Positions 43,869 through 56,176 of a DNA stretch of 61,768 nt are shown piece by piece. Location: contig JBNGIO010006002.1 of the NCBI GenBank assembly GCA_049999805.1, positions 1 through 61,768 on the forward strand, written 5' to 3'. The stretch comes from Folioceros fuciformis (Eukaryota). Position numbers and translations under genes: made by a program. Numbering within the stretch: the stretch's first letter is position 1; each line of letters begins with the position of its first letter. A model generated the notes under the pieces. The model was not told the DNA's origin and ran no database searches. It saw only the letters and a program-made list of their open reading frames with translations.

Positions 43869-46135
43869 GTCCAGTTGATAGTGACAGGGCCTTCATCTAA
43901 CTTATGGGACGGTGGCATTTGTGCCCCGTCTGTTTTATGTCAAATTGTCACCTTTGTTGCCCGTGTTGTGCCGGAAGTCGGGTAAAACAGGATTGACATA
44001 TAGATTGGACATGGCCTTAGCCTTGTTGATTGACCTCGGCAAATAATTTTTACTTGGGGTTCAAAGTTTTTTTTTGGATTCTTCTAGACAATTTATACCT
44101 CAAAAAATTATTGAATAGACCTTTTTAATCTAAACCTAGAAGCCAAAAGCTATTTTAACTTAAAAAGGAAGGAATTCATTTTTTTTCTTTCAAAAAAACC
44201 GAAAAAAACTAATTAGTCCTAAAATACGGAATATTTTAAAGTACAAGGAATATGAAAATAACTTGCAAGCTTACAGCCTTTGTCTAGCTAAGTCATCGAG
44301 TATAGTTGATGTTTGGAGGTTGTATTTTTTTGCATATCCAAGTCCATTTCCCTTAAGGCAACAACTAAGTTCATTTCCCTCAAGGGAATAATCGTGGCAA
44401 GACAAGCCAAGACAAGCCAAGTTCATTTAGTGAACCAAGTTCATTTCCCTCAAGGCAATGATTGTGTTGCAACACCTTTGCCCACAGAAAGGTACAAGTA
44501 TAGGAGGGCAACATGACCCAACATCAAAATCATAGACTCTTAGCCTTTACAGGAATACTCCACACTATTGCAAAGACTGGAGAAGACAAATGCCGCTCCA
44601 CACCCATGAAGTGGTTTCCTCCTCTATCCATGGCTGTAGGTACACCTCCAATAGTTCCATCCTACTCTTGCACTCTCTACATAGCGTCACTAAAGCCAGG
44701 TGTAGCTGATACATGTCAAGGAGAAAGTTTATACCCTCTAAGCCCTTTGCATATGCATTAGCACAAACAACTTGTAAGGCCTGGACAACACATGCAAGGA
44801 TCTGTACATCATTTTCAATGACTATGATTGGAAGATACAACTTGCAAGGCAATCTGCAATTGCATGTTATAAGGGCATGTGGAATTGCATGTTATAAGGG
44901 CATGTGGAAGGCAATGTCAGAGACATTTTGCAAAGCACTCTTCAACAACACTAGATTTGCTCATATGCAGTGCAATGTCAATGGGGTTTTGCAAGGTTTG
45001 TACCAAGGCTACCCGCACCCACAACTTGTATTTGGGCAATGTGCAACATGAAATATGCAATGCAAATAGTAAGGCAATCTACAACTACGACCTACAAGGC
45101 AACCTGCATTTGCAATCCTCAAGTATATGTTACACCTAATCTCTACGACTTAAAGGTGCAAGGCCATATGTGAGGCAATTTGGACTTACCATATACAAGG
45201 AAATCTACAACTAGGGTCAACAACTGCATAGTACTCTTGCCACCCATAAGGCCATTTGCAAGCCCAATTGCACAGCACCCTTGTTTAAGATCAAACCCTC
45301 CAATCCTTACTTGCAACTGCTCACCCCAATTGTGTGAGAGTGTTATGCCCATAGCCATTGGGAATTTGCATGGCAATCCATGGGGCAAGCTGCAAGACAA
45401 TCTCTAGGGACATTATGCAACAAATTGTGCATGGACTATATCTACAAGGCACTTTGCATGGATCACTTGCAATGTAGTGTGTTAGGACAATCTACATCTC
45501 ATTGTGTAGGGACAATTTGCAAGTTCTACTCACTCTGCAAGGTAATCTGCAAGGTCAACACAATTTGGTGGGACAATCTTCAAGTGCGAATTGAGGTTTG
45601 AGGGCTTCCTAAGTAACATGGGGAGGAAAATAACATCACTAAGCTTGTGCATAGGGAAGAAAGAAAGTTGTGCACCAAAACAGAAGAGACATTCTCCTTG
45701 ATTGGCCCACAAGGGCATTGTTGCTAATCAGTCCAAGGGGTGGCAATTGCACAAGTGAGGTACATGTTTCAGAGTAAATATAATATCTATCGAAATAAAA
45801 ATAAGTCTATCGATATCTTAGTTTAATGTAAGATTATACATGTATGCATAGCTCACCTATTTTTATGCACTTTACTTGAGATTTGTTGTTTTAATATTTT
45901 CCTGACACTTATGTGCCTCAATGCGGAAGAGAGTCTAGATTCGTCCGTGGATTACGAGTCGCGGGGTGGTAACTTACAACTGCGAATGACAGACTGTGAA
46001 GAACACTGGGTGTTCAGTTGACAGTGACAGGCCCTTCCTTCATCCAAGCTAGTGCTAAGGTGGGATTTGTGCCCCGCCTCTTTCATTTCAAATGTTCATC
46101 TTTACTCCCACGCGTTGTGTCAGTAGTCGGGTGAA
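43869..46135. repeat. Diverged direct repeat pair of about 120 bp (43869-43986 and 46012-46135) flanking a CpG-poor block of about 2 kb
   Basis: Shared cagttga(t/c)agtgacagg...ttcatc...ggtgg(c/g)atttgtgccccg...tcaaat...gttgtg...agtcgggt. The interior contains a 25-bp tandem duplication (44858-44907). Confidence 0.75.
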
Positions 46136-46254
46136 TTGACCGATCACGACTGATGTTCTCCGTAGCGCAGGCGGGCTCTCCTTCTTGAAGGCCAGCACCT
46201 GCTCGGGCACCTTTGTAGCTTCATTCAGCCTACTTCTGCCACAATAAACTGGAG

Positions 46255-47321
46255 ATGGAGACAGGGTGGGATTGTGATCCCTGGGATGCAGCGTCAATCG
46301 GTGATTGCTTGCAGTTGCCGCTGGAGTTGGCGATTCTGCAACCTCACCGATGTGAAATTTGTTACCGGAATTTCAAGACAGCAGATGCTCTTACCCGCCA
46401 CCTCGAGTCTGCCGTGCACGACGCCAAGAAGATCAAGTGCCCTAATTGCTCTCGGGCTTTCAAGTCTGCTTCTGCTTGCACTATGCATGTGAGCCTGCTT
46501 TCGTGCGCCTTGTCCATTTACAAATTGTGCACCTTTCAAGGTTTGGGGGCATCAGGGCTCAGATTGCAGTCACGATGCATCACAAGCAACAGCAGGAATG
46601 CGACAGTACCTGGAGCCTTGTTGTCTCTTATCATGGGTTTCATATGGTCTGTGAGCAGATCGAGTCTCGGGCCTGCGTAGACATCACGCTGGATCAGATT
46701 GTCACCGGCGTGCGCAACTGGGAGATGAAGTCCGGAAACATCAACCTGCTCACCGTGCCCCGGCTGGACTGTCCACAAATCAGTGATAGGCAAGCTCAGT
46801 GCCGTTCTGTTCCTCTAGCAGCCTGACTGTGAGAGTGTCATTCCAGGAGCTGGTGACGCGATCGTCAAACACTGACGCGACGGTGCTAGCTAACGACTTG
46901 CAGACCGGAGACCTCGACAAAAATTACGTACTTCGCTACAGAGGCTTCATTCGACGGATTCGGATTCAGATGCTGCGTGTGCGATGCGGTGTTTCTGTCC
47001 CTCACGGCGTTAAATCAGCACCTCAACTCGCCTGCTCACCACTCGCAGGAATTCCGATGCAAGAAGTGCGGCCTCACCTGCATTAGTAAGCCGCGGCGGC
47101 CGTCCCCTTCCCGGGCCGTAACATTCATTTGCAGCAGTTCTGTCGCTCCAGCCGACGTCAGCTTTTTGACATGCTCGCTCGTTCTGCTTCTTTTCACAGT
47201 GCTTTCTTCCTTGATCCAGCATGTGGAGTCTCGAGTCTGTGGAGCTTTCTCCCCAGAGGATGGCGCCGCATCTGCCAATCCGCTTCTCTACATCCAAGAA
47301 TCGAGCTCTTCGGGAGATTAG
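46255..47321 (+). CDS. Four-finger C2H2/C2HC zinc-finger protein, 4 exons
   Basis: Exons 46255-46488, 46659-46789, 46904-47085, 47200-47321 (second intron GC-AG). Fingers: CEICYRNF..ALTRHLESAVH, CPNCSRAF..MHIESRAC, ATEASFDGFGFRCCVCDAVFLSLTALNQHLNSPAH, CKKC..LSSLIQHVESRVCG. Confidence 0.85.
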
Positions 47322-48330
47322 CCAACACATCATTAGGCACCTCATCAGCCGTATACAGCACAATTTTTGGTCTGGTACGTAGCACTCCGTTAGGACCCTA
47401 GGGCCGCTAGGCGGATCCGGTCATTATCTTTAAATTATAGTTATAGTACACTATTTAATGAGCATTAGAGATCATCCCCATTAAACCGGGTCCATTCGGG
47501 GGCTAGTCCCGGTTACCTTGTGGTTTGTCTCACCTCATCGCTTTCTTAAGCTAAATGGATATATATATGTGATATATGAAGAGCGCTTTGAAATACTTAG
47601 AAGAGCCTTTGGAATAAGATGCCATGTATGCATACCAGAGTTCTATGATAAGTAATTCAATAGGTACTAAGTTCCAAGTTGTTAATTAAGTATAAGTTCT
47701 ATCACAAAAATCCATTCTCGGTGCATCTAAAACACATCTTCTTCCCAGAAGTGGATGGTTTCCATTTTATTGGTTTCCAGTAAAGGAAACCTGGTAGTCT
47801 ATATATGTGAAAACTCACTTTGACCGGTGTGAATGTACTGACAAAACTGTCGTAGTGGTAGAGGAGGATATAAGTATCGGAGGGTGTAGCGGACTCCCAC
47901 GAACGATTTGTGTCCGTTGCTTTAGCAACCCTGTGACCTGTAGATTTAAGTCGGTAGGTGGGGAACATATCTACAGTGGCTCTGCTCCTAGAAGAGCTAA
48001 GAGCTAATGTTTGGAGTGTCTGGGAGGTACTGAAGCTACCCGAACTTTGGTAAGGGAGTGAACATTCTATTGCGGGGCGGGGTCACGGGGTGTGGCACTG
48101 CGATTGTGGCGATCGCAACAGGCAGTTCGTGGGGGTGGTGCTGCGCCTCCAAAGATTTTTCGTTATTGAATTGAATGTCTCTTGAGATTTCGTGAAGTAG
48201 ATACAAGCACGGCATTTTTAACTTGGGTTTGAATAGGAGGAGGATCATTTAGTGGGCGTTGAACAGCAGCAGATCAGCTTCAGCAGCAGGAGGAGGAGGA
48301 GGAGGAGGAGGAGCAGCAGCAGCAGGCGCG

Positions 48331-49851
48331 ATGGCTGTGAGAAGACCCACAAATCCCGTGCAAGCTTTCGTGCTATGGTTCAATCGCCAGCCACCGAAGG
48401 TCAAAACTGTTCTGGCGGTGCTTGGAGGGATTGTTGCGCTGATCTTCCTGAGGTTTGTGGTGCGGGACCACGACAACTTGTTTGTTGCCGCGGAAGCCAC
48501 CCACTCAATCGGAATTGCGTTCCTGATCTACAAACTCCTGAAGCAGCGCACCTGTGCAGGTTAGCTCTCCTGGTTATATGTTTGCTTTCGCGTTCAGCGC
48601 AGGGATGGGATTCCGCTGGGATCTCGTGGTGACACTCATTTAGGTCAGCAGGGCTGGGACTTGGAGTGGGTGGTGTGTCGTCCTGCTCACCAGGACACGA
48701 GTACCTGTAGTGCGTCTACTGTGGTGGCTCGATTTTGCTAATCCACTGCTTCTGGCATGTGGTCGGCAGGGCTGTCGTTGAAATCGCAAGAACTCACCGC
48801 AATCTTTTTGGCTGTGAGGCTCTACTGTAGTTTAGTTATGGAAAAGGATATTCACACAATCCTGGACTCAGCGACTCTCATCACTACGTTGTGGGTAATC
48901 TATACAATTCGATTCAGACTGAAGTCAACCCACATGGAGGATCTGGACAATATGCCCATATACTATGTGGTGAGGGTTTTGTTTTCCCTGATCTCATGTC
49001 CGCTAATATGACTGGATGTGAAGGAAGGCAGTGTCTAAATTCACTGGGGGTCGGGGGACCCTTGAGATTGTTCCACAGCTAGAGCAGTTGTCTTTCGAGT
49101 GAAGTTGATGCTAGGTTTCTAACCACCTGCTGGTATGTTTCACTTTCACAGCTCGTACCGTGTGCTGTTGTGGCCTTCGTGATTCATCCTGGAACGACCC
49201 ACCACATCGTCAATAGAATACTGTGGGCCTTCTGTGTATATTTGGAAGCGGTGTCGGTTTTACCTCAACTACGGGTCATGCAGAATACGAGGGTGAGATG
49301 GGGGTGCATTGCTGCTGAGTAGTGATATGTTACACGGCTTGCCAGTACGAGCTTTTGGTTTCTGATGGCTGCATAGTGGACTACTGTGGCGTTGGTTCCC
49401 TAATCGTGGTCTTGCTTCAGGTCGTTGAGCCTTTCACCGCTCATTATGTATTTGCTCTTGGCATAGCACGGTTTCTCAGCTGTGCACACTGGATTCTCCA
49501 GGTCAGTCATCATAATTTCTTCCCTGTGTGGTGGGCGAGCATGGTTGTTCGTTCTTGCCTGACTTGTGTTCGTGCGCCAGGGTTTGGACACACAGAGCGA
49601 TTTGTTGGCAGCACTGGGATACGGACTGTGGCCATCAATGGTTCTGCTGTCCGAACTCGTACAAACACTGATCTTGGCTGATTTCTGCTACTACTATGTG
49701 AAAAGGTAAAGCTGGCGTTGTGATCACATCATTTCATCCAATTTTGCCATGTGTTTCGGTTGCGGAATCCTCTCACTTGTTGCTGGTTTCTTCTGGAAAC
49801 AGTCACATGGACGGTCAGATGATGGTCAGACTGCCTGCCGGAGTTGTGTAA
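48331..49851 (+). CDS. ER lumen protein-retaining receptor family (ERD2-related protein)
   Basis: VVRDHDNLFVAAEATHSIGI, TCAGLSLKSQELTAIFLAVRLYCS, WAFCVYLEAVSVLPQLRVMQN, VEPFTAHYVFALGIARFLSCAHW, ILADFCYYYVK and RLPAGVV*. Confidence 0.95.
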
Positions 49852-51161
49852 CCCTTGCCAGCAACTTCCTTCAGAAGCTCTGTGCACGGTCTGGATGAAG
49901 ACTGTTCATGTACACTCTGTTGGGCCCGGGGTCAAATGGCTCAATTAAATTTTTGTCTTGTCTCTCGCACACTCACTACCAGAATGAACTCACTCCTCTG
50001 ATATCTAGTAATGCGAATCCAACTCATTCCGCTGATATGTAGTGATGCAAATCTTAATGCGCGATGCAGTAGAGGTGCCTCTTGAAGGACAGAAGGAGGC
50101 AGAGGGTCCGCTGAAGGAAGCACCCGAACTTTGATGCGGTGGTCACAAGGTTGGAAGTTGTATGAGCCCGCAGTATGCTTTTCTTCCATTTTATGTTCAG
50201 GGCAGCTGTTTAGGGCAAATGTGCAAAATGCTGGGAAAAGCTTGCCCTTTCCTGACTCGGCCCATGCAGTTCCCGAGCAATTTGGAAGGCTTCCAGGGCA
50301 TCCCTGTCAGTCTGCCCTGAAGGTGGCACGGCCATCCCCTCAATCCACCGTGAAGGTTCCACGACGAACCCTTTCAGTCCACCTTGAACTTCTCACGAGC
50401 ATTCGGCTCATATCTCGAGTGTGAGAGGACGTACATCGAAGCACTAGGGCAAACGCTCTGCCCATGATCCGTCGTGGTAGAGAGTGGTAGCAAGAGAGAG
50501 AAATTGGGAAGGTGAACAGATAGAATCGAAACCTCACAACGGCTGCAACGCAATGCTCTCCAGACGTTTCCTACTCGTGAGCAGGGAAAGGCAGATCGCT
50601 TTAGACGAGGAAATGAAGGTTATATGCACATGAAATGATGACATATTCGTTCTTAATTTCCCCACTGCGACGCTTCCTAGTAAGAAATTATAGCCATACG
50701 GCTGAGCCTATTCGATGGTTGGATAGTACGGCATCACGCCTGGGCCCCAGCATCTAACCCTTGGTCAGGCTCACTGTGGGCTCGAGATCTCTGTGGTACG
50801 CTTATCAGATCATCCTGCTGCTACTACCTAATTCCACATCTTGGCACAGAGTGTGCACGTCTCACGTAGAACGGGGCGGCGTATGTACGTTGATATCTCC
50901 ACCGAGTAGTCCGCAGATGAGAGTGCATGCAGGGCGTGGAGACAGACCCAGGAAAAACGTGTCAGCAGAGGCCACGGTAGGGTACGTCGTGTCATTGGCA
51001 AGCACAGTCTGTGGTGACGAATCTCCCCCGAGATCGCTGTAGAAGAACCCTGTTTCAGATCTGCTGCATGCCTTGCTTCGAGCCTAGGGTCCCGCTTATC
51101 ACCAACCACCTTGCATATCTCAGCTACAAGTCCTGACTTGTTTCATTTCAGCCTTTCTTCA

Positions 51162-54071
51162 CTACCGGGATCCAACCATAAAGCTATGCACAAGGCCGTT
51201 CTCGTCCGTCCACCAGCTCTGGCCTGGCCCCTTCCACGCCCTCGTTCGTATTCTCCTTGCGTGCATCTCCCATGCCTGCTCCCACATCTGGGCACTGTTG
51301 TATATGTTCGACATCACCACGCATGCTGTCGCAGCTTTCTTGTCTAGCTTTAGTACTTCATGAAGCGCACGTTGTCCCATTTCCACGTTGCTCCACTTTT
51401 GACAGGCACCGAGTACATTGTGCCAAACTGCAGCATCAGGTTCTTCAGGCATTGTACTTACCAAAGCTAGGGCTTCCTTCAGCCGTCCTGAACGACCTAG
51501 GAGATCCACCATGCATGTGTAGTGCTCCATCGTGGGAGTAGCCCCACTGTATTTACTCACAGCCTCGAAGTACTCTTGCCCCTTTTTCACCAGACCCTTA
51601 TGACTGCATACCGTTAGCACACTAAGGAATGTGCTGTTGTCGGGCTTTAGGCCACTCTCTGCCATCTCTTGAAACAAATGAAACACCGTTTCGCTGTCTC
51701 CTTGAAGGGCATAGCCTGCAATCAGTGCATTCCATGCAACTACGTCTCTCTTGGTCAATGCCTTAAAGACCTGCTCTGCATCAACCATGCTGCCAGACTT
51801 GCCATACATGTTTATCAAACTGGTCGCTGTAAGCACATCAGTATGAAGCCCTTGTTCTTTAATCTGTGCATGAAGTTGCCTTCCCACATCCAAAGCTCCC
51901 ACACTTGCACATGTCTGCAGGAGGCAAACAAACGTCACAGAATCAGGTGTAGCCATGTCTCCTTCTCGCATAGCATTGTAAAGAAGAAAAGCCTCCTGCA
52001 CCATGCCCTGCTGCGAATATCCTGCTAGCATAGCATTCCACATCACCAGATCTTTTTGATTAAGACCATCAAACACACTTCGAGCATCGTCCAAGCTTCC
52101 ACACTTTGCATACATGTTTACCAATCTGTTAGCTACAGACATATCGTTTTGATGTCCATGTGCTCTAATCTGTTCATGAAGCTGCTTTCCCTTCTCTAGG
52201 CCCCCATCACCCATACTCTCACACGCACGCACAAGGCACGTAAACGTCACAGAATCAGGCATAGCCCACCCCTGTTCTCGCATAGCATTGTAAAGATGGA
52301 AAGCGTGATGCCCCTTGCCCTGCTGGGAATACGCTGCTATCATGGCATTCCATGTCCCCACGTCTTTTAGTGTAAGTCCAGCAAACACACCTTGAGCATC
52401 CTCCAAGCTGCCGCACTTTGCATACATACTTATCAAACTGTTGGAGACGAGCACATGACCCTGATATGGTCCTCTCCTAATTTGTGCATGAAGTTGCCTA
52501 CCCATCTCCAAAGCCAGGGTGCCAACACTGGCACACGCCTGCAAGAGACACACAAATGTGACGTCGTCAGGTGGCACCATGCCTTCTTCTTGCATCTTGC
52601 TGTAAAGCCGAAGAGCTTGTTGCACCATGCCCAGCTGGCAATATGCTGCTATCATGGCACTCCACATTACCACATCCTTCTGACCAAGCCCTTCAAACAC
52701 TCTTTCAGCGTCTTCCAAACTGCCACACCTTGCATACATGTTCACCAAACTACTGCCTACGAACGCACAGCCTTGCAGCCCCTGTTCTATGATTTGCGCA
52801 TGAAGCTGCTTCCCCTTCTCCAAAGCTAGGGCCCCAACACTCGCACAAGCTTGGAGGAAGCAAACAAATGTTACAGAGGTAGGCACAGCGACTTCTCCTT
52901 GCATAGCATCACAGAGACGCAGGGCTTCCTGTCCCATGCCCTGCTGGGAATACCCAGCTATCATGGAATTCCACGTCACCACATCTTTCTTACAGAGCCC
53001 ATCAAACACATTCCGAGCATCTTCCAAGCTGCCACACTTTGCATACATGTTAACCAGACTGCTGGCAGCCAACCCATGAGCTTCAAGCCCTCGTTGAGCA
53101 ATTTGCGCATGAAGCCGCTTCCCCTCCTCCAAAGCCAAGGTACCCACACCTGCACATGCCTGCAGGACGCACGCAAACGTCACAACATTAGGTACCGCGG
53201 TGCCTTCTTCTTCCATCGTATCGTACAGACGAAGAGCTTCCTGCCCCATCCCTTGCCGGGAATACCCAGCTATCATAGCATTCCACGTAACCACATCTCT
53301 TACCCCGACTCCTATTCCATCAAACACCCTTCGAGCGTCTTCCAAGCTGCCACACTTCGCATACATGTCGACCAAGGCACTACAAACGTACGAGCTCGAG
53401 GCAGCGCCACCAGCCGAGACATCAGCATGCACCTCCTGCCCACATACCAAGTCCGAAGCCCTTGTACACGCCTGAAGGACTGCTACAAACACATGATCGT
53501 CCGGCTTCACACTGCTCCACCTGCGCATGCGTCGATACAGCTGAATGGCCTGCTCATATCGCCCGTGCTTAACATGTGCAGAAATGATAGCAGACCACGT
53601 GAACGCATCTGGTTTCGCAACCAGATTAAACACCTCCATAGCTTCTTCAACCCTGGCCTCAGAGGCATACATTCGCAAGAAGTGGTTGCACAAGAAAGTA
53701 TCCGACTCGAACCCCTTCTTCACAGCCAAAGCGTGAACTCTCCGACCAACAGCCAGATCCTTCTTAGCCACACATCCCTGAAGAACAACATAGAAGAGAG
53801 ACTTGGACACGAAGCAGTCCGTCTGCACCAAAACTCCCAACGCTCCAACACACTCATTCAGCTCACCTCGCTCACACAGTTGGGTTACTGTGTCGGCCGT
53901 CACGTCCCTCCTTCTTTCGCACCCCCGTCCTCCTGCACCAGCATCGCCCCGCACTCCCCTGCCTGGCCAGGGTACCTCCCGACACTCCCAACCAGTCGAG
54001 CAGCAGCGGCAGGCCACTTGAGCAGGAGCCCTTCTTACAACACCTGCCAATCTCACAACAGCCGTTCCCAT
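51162..54071 (-). CDS. Intronless PLS-class PPR protein ending in E1/E2/E+ with a WW-type PG box and no DYW catalytic part
   Basis: Repeated P-L-S triplets (LVNMYAKCGSLEDAR.VFDGL..KDVVTWN.MIAGY), E motifs HYTCMVDLLGRSG and MSNIY, then AWKGPGQSWWTDENGLVHSFMVGSR*. Start ambiguous (54071 or slightly upstream). Confidence 0.93.
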   Translation of the reverse strand: MGTAVVRLAGVVRRAPAQVACRCCSTGWECREVPWPGRGVRGDAGAGGRGCERRRDVTADTVTQLCERGELNECVGALGVLVQTDCFVSKSLFYVVLQGCVAKKDLAVGRRVHALAVKKGFESDTFLCNHFLRMYASEARVEEAMEVFNLVAKPDAFTWSAIISAHVKHGRYEQAIQLYRRMRRWSSVKPDDHVFVAVLQACTRASDLVCGQEVHADVSAGGAASSSYVCSALVDMYAKCGSLEDARRVFDGIGVGVRDVVTWNAMIAGYSRQGMGQEALRLYDTMEEEGTAVPNVVTFACVLQACAGVGTLALEEGKRLHAQIAQRGLEAHGLAASSLVNMYAKCGSLEDARNVFDGLCKKDVVTWNSMIAGYSQQGMGQEALRLCDAMQGEVAVPTSVTFVCFLQACASVGALALEKGKQLHAQIIEQGLQGCAFVGSSLVNMYARCGSLEDAERVFEGLGQKDVVMWSAMIAAYCQLGMVQQALRLYSKMQEEGMVPPDDVTFVCLLQACASVGTLALEMGRQLHAQIRRGPYQGHVLVSNSLISMYAKCGSLEDAQGVFAGLTLKDVGTWNAMIAAYSQQGKGHHAFHLYNAMREQGWAMPDSVTFTCLVRACESMGDGGLEKGKQLHEQIRAHGHQNDMSVANRLVNMYAKCGSLDDARSVFDGLNQKDLVMWNAMLAGYSQQGMVQEAFLLYNAMREGDMATPDSVTFVCLLQTCASVGALDVGRQLHAQIKEQGLHTDVLTATSLINMYGKSGSMVDAEQVFKALTKRDVVAWNALIAGYALQGDSETVFHLFQEMAESGLKPDNSTFLSVLTVCSHKGLVKKGQEYFEAVSKYSGATPTMEHYTCMVDLLGRSGRLKEALALVSTMPEEPDAAVWHNVLGACQKWSNVEMGQRALHEVLKLDKKAATACVVMSNIYNSAQMWEQAWEMHARRIRTRAWKGPGQSWWTDENGLVHSFMVGSR

Positions 54072-54800
54072 TTCCAGGCACACACACATCCATAGCTGGG
54101 AGAAGCGTCTTGCGAATAATGCAACCGGTTGAACCACGCACTGTTCTAAGTCGCACTACCAGACGAGAAGGATGAGCTCTACCACCACCCCAAACTTCAC
54201 TCACTCACGAAGGTGTGAACGTTCTCGTTGCCCAAGTGCCGGTGGCAAATTTCGGTTCAGAAGAGACCCCCAAAAAAAACCAGTAGGAAACAACTCAACA
54301 AAGAGTACATGGCGGGGGACTAGCCATCCATTCACGATCTCGCATCTTAAAATTGCCAAAACAAAAACCCAAGTTAAAAAAGACGACTAAATACCCAACA
54401 AGTTGTATATAGATTCCATTGTATTCTATTACTTGATGGACTAGTGAGTTTATTACGATTTTTTTTTATTTGGAGTATTTATTAATTACCATATAAATAG
54501 ATACAAATGGTTGGCTATTACAAACTTTCTTATTTGGATTATTTACTAACTAGTCACAAACAAGCCTAAATGGTAGGCTACTACAAACTTTCCTTTTTCA
54601 TTTATCATTAATTCATCATTATAAATTTTAGCAATTTTTTTATTACATGCACCTAAGTGCTATAAAATGGGCTCACACCATGTTGTATGGCATGTACAAG
54701 GCTTGAGAGACTTCACTCTACACCAGGTATGGAGCTAGCTAGGCTTTAGGTTTTAGGCTTTAAGCTTTAGGTTTTAGTATGTGCAAATAACTTGAATTTA

Positions 54801-54840
54801 ATGTGATGTGATGTGATGTGATGTGATGTGATGTGATGTA
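54801..54840. repeat. (ATGTG)n microsatellite, about 8 copies
   Basis: Read directly from the sequence. Confidence 0.97.
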
Positions 54841-56176
54841 TACTTGGCTAAGACTTAGGGGGCCATGTTGTGTCTTTCTTTAGGAGCATATGATCTCTTG
54901 TCAACTTAACTTGTGAATACCCAAGGTAAAAAACGTGAGAATAGTTGCCCACTCACCATAACAAGAGCCAAGCATTAAATCAAGCTTTAACATCATGAAG
55001 TCTACGATGTTCTGGTTAATCATAACCATGATTTTGATACTCATATTAATATCACATTTGTATAATGCTTCTCCTATACCTTACATTATTTCACAAATGG
55101 ATAAAGAGTCGATGGATTTACCATTTTTTCCTCTGCTTCGAAGCATATTCTTTGATATATTCCTTTATATCCTAGACCTCACTACAGGTACAAAATGTTC
55201 AGCAATACCTAAACCTCGTATTTAGAATACTTGAAGCATTATGTAAGAAATGATGCTACTTAGTAGGTGTTGGAATTAATTAGGGACTATGTCCATTTCC
55301 TTCACAAGGATACTTTGTTTAATTTAGATATAGAGAGTGATCAATTTTGGACTCGTGAGTCATGTATGTAGATCACTAAGGGCCACATGAGCCCATCATG
55401 GTTAGCCTTATATTTTATTTGAATTAGGGTTTCGTTTAGTTGTTGCTTAGCCCATTTGTAATAAATCATGATTTTGTTCTTGGATCAGCTTCTCTCTTAT
55501 ACGGAAGTGCTCTCATCTATCTATTGCATGGTCATACTCTATAGTTCTTTGTCATTCTGGATTTTTAGGTCTATGTAAATTAATTAAATATGTAATAATA
55601 AATAAATATCAAGAAAAAAACTATATGTGAGCTGACAATTAAAGTCAAGAAATAACCAAAAAAATAAAAAGCCTAAGTCTACAAAGAGCACCTAATAATA
55701 TATTGTATTTTGGGCTACATTATTCTTACAAAAAAGTAAGTAAGTTGGTGACATGCAAACTCTATGTTTATTGCTTGCTAGTTAGCAAAAAAGGAGATAG
55801 GAAGTAGAAATGAAGATCAGATATTCTATATATTCTCTCACATCTAAAAACCAAAAAAAAAAAAAAAGATTTAAGAAAAACTATTTCGTTAATCTCTTTG
55901 CCCAAAAATTAAAAATGGTTAGCAGCAAAAATGACGAGAAGCTCTTTTCTTCCCCCTGCTCCTCCCTCCATGCGAGGGTCATCACTGCCAAATTCTACCT
56001 TTTACGTCCGATGTACATTAGTGCAGAAACAATGTGTGAGCATAGGAGCTGGATACCACGAGTCGCTGAAAACAGACGTACGAGAAAAGGGATGGAATTC
56101 GACACTTTCTCCAACCTGGTGGGGCTTCTGAATATGGTCTTTCGATGAACACGCATTCGCATTCCCTTGGGTGAGT

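Noticed and set aside
50634..50706. Possible C/D snoRNA (ATGATGA...CTGA)
   Set aside because: No terminal stem and no rRNA complementarity that I can recognise.
50400..51161. Continuation of the PPR into a DYW domain
   Set aside because: No HxE(x)nCxxC or DYW-like terminus was found downstream on the minus strand.
52851..54095. 414-aa plus-strand ORF
   Set aside because: Antisense shadow of the PPR coding sequence, with no domain of its own.
54740..54778. Interstitial telomeric repeat
   Set aside because: Only five degenerate (C/T)TTTAGG-like units with no perfect TTTAGGG; too weak to call.
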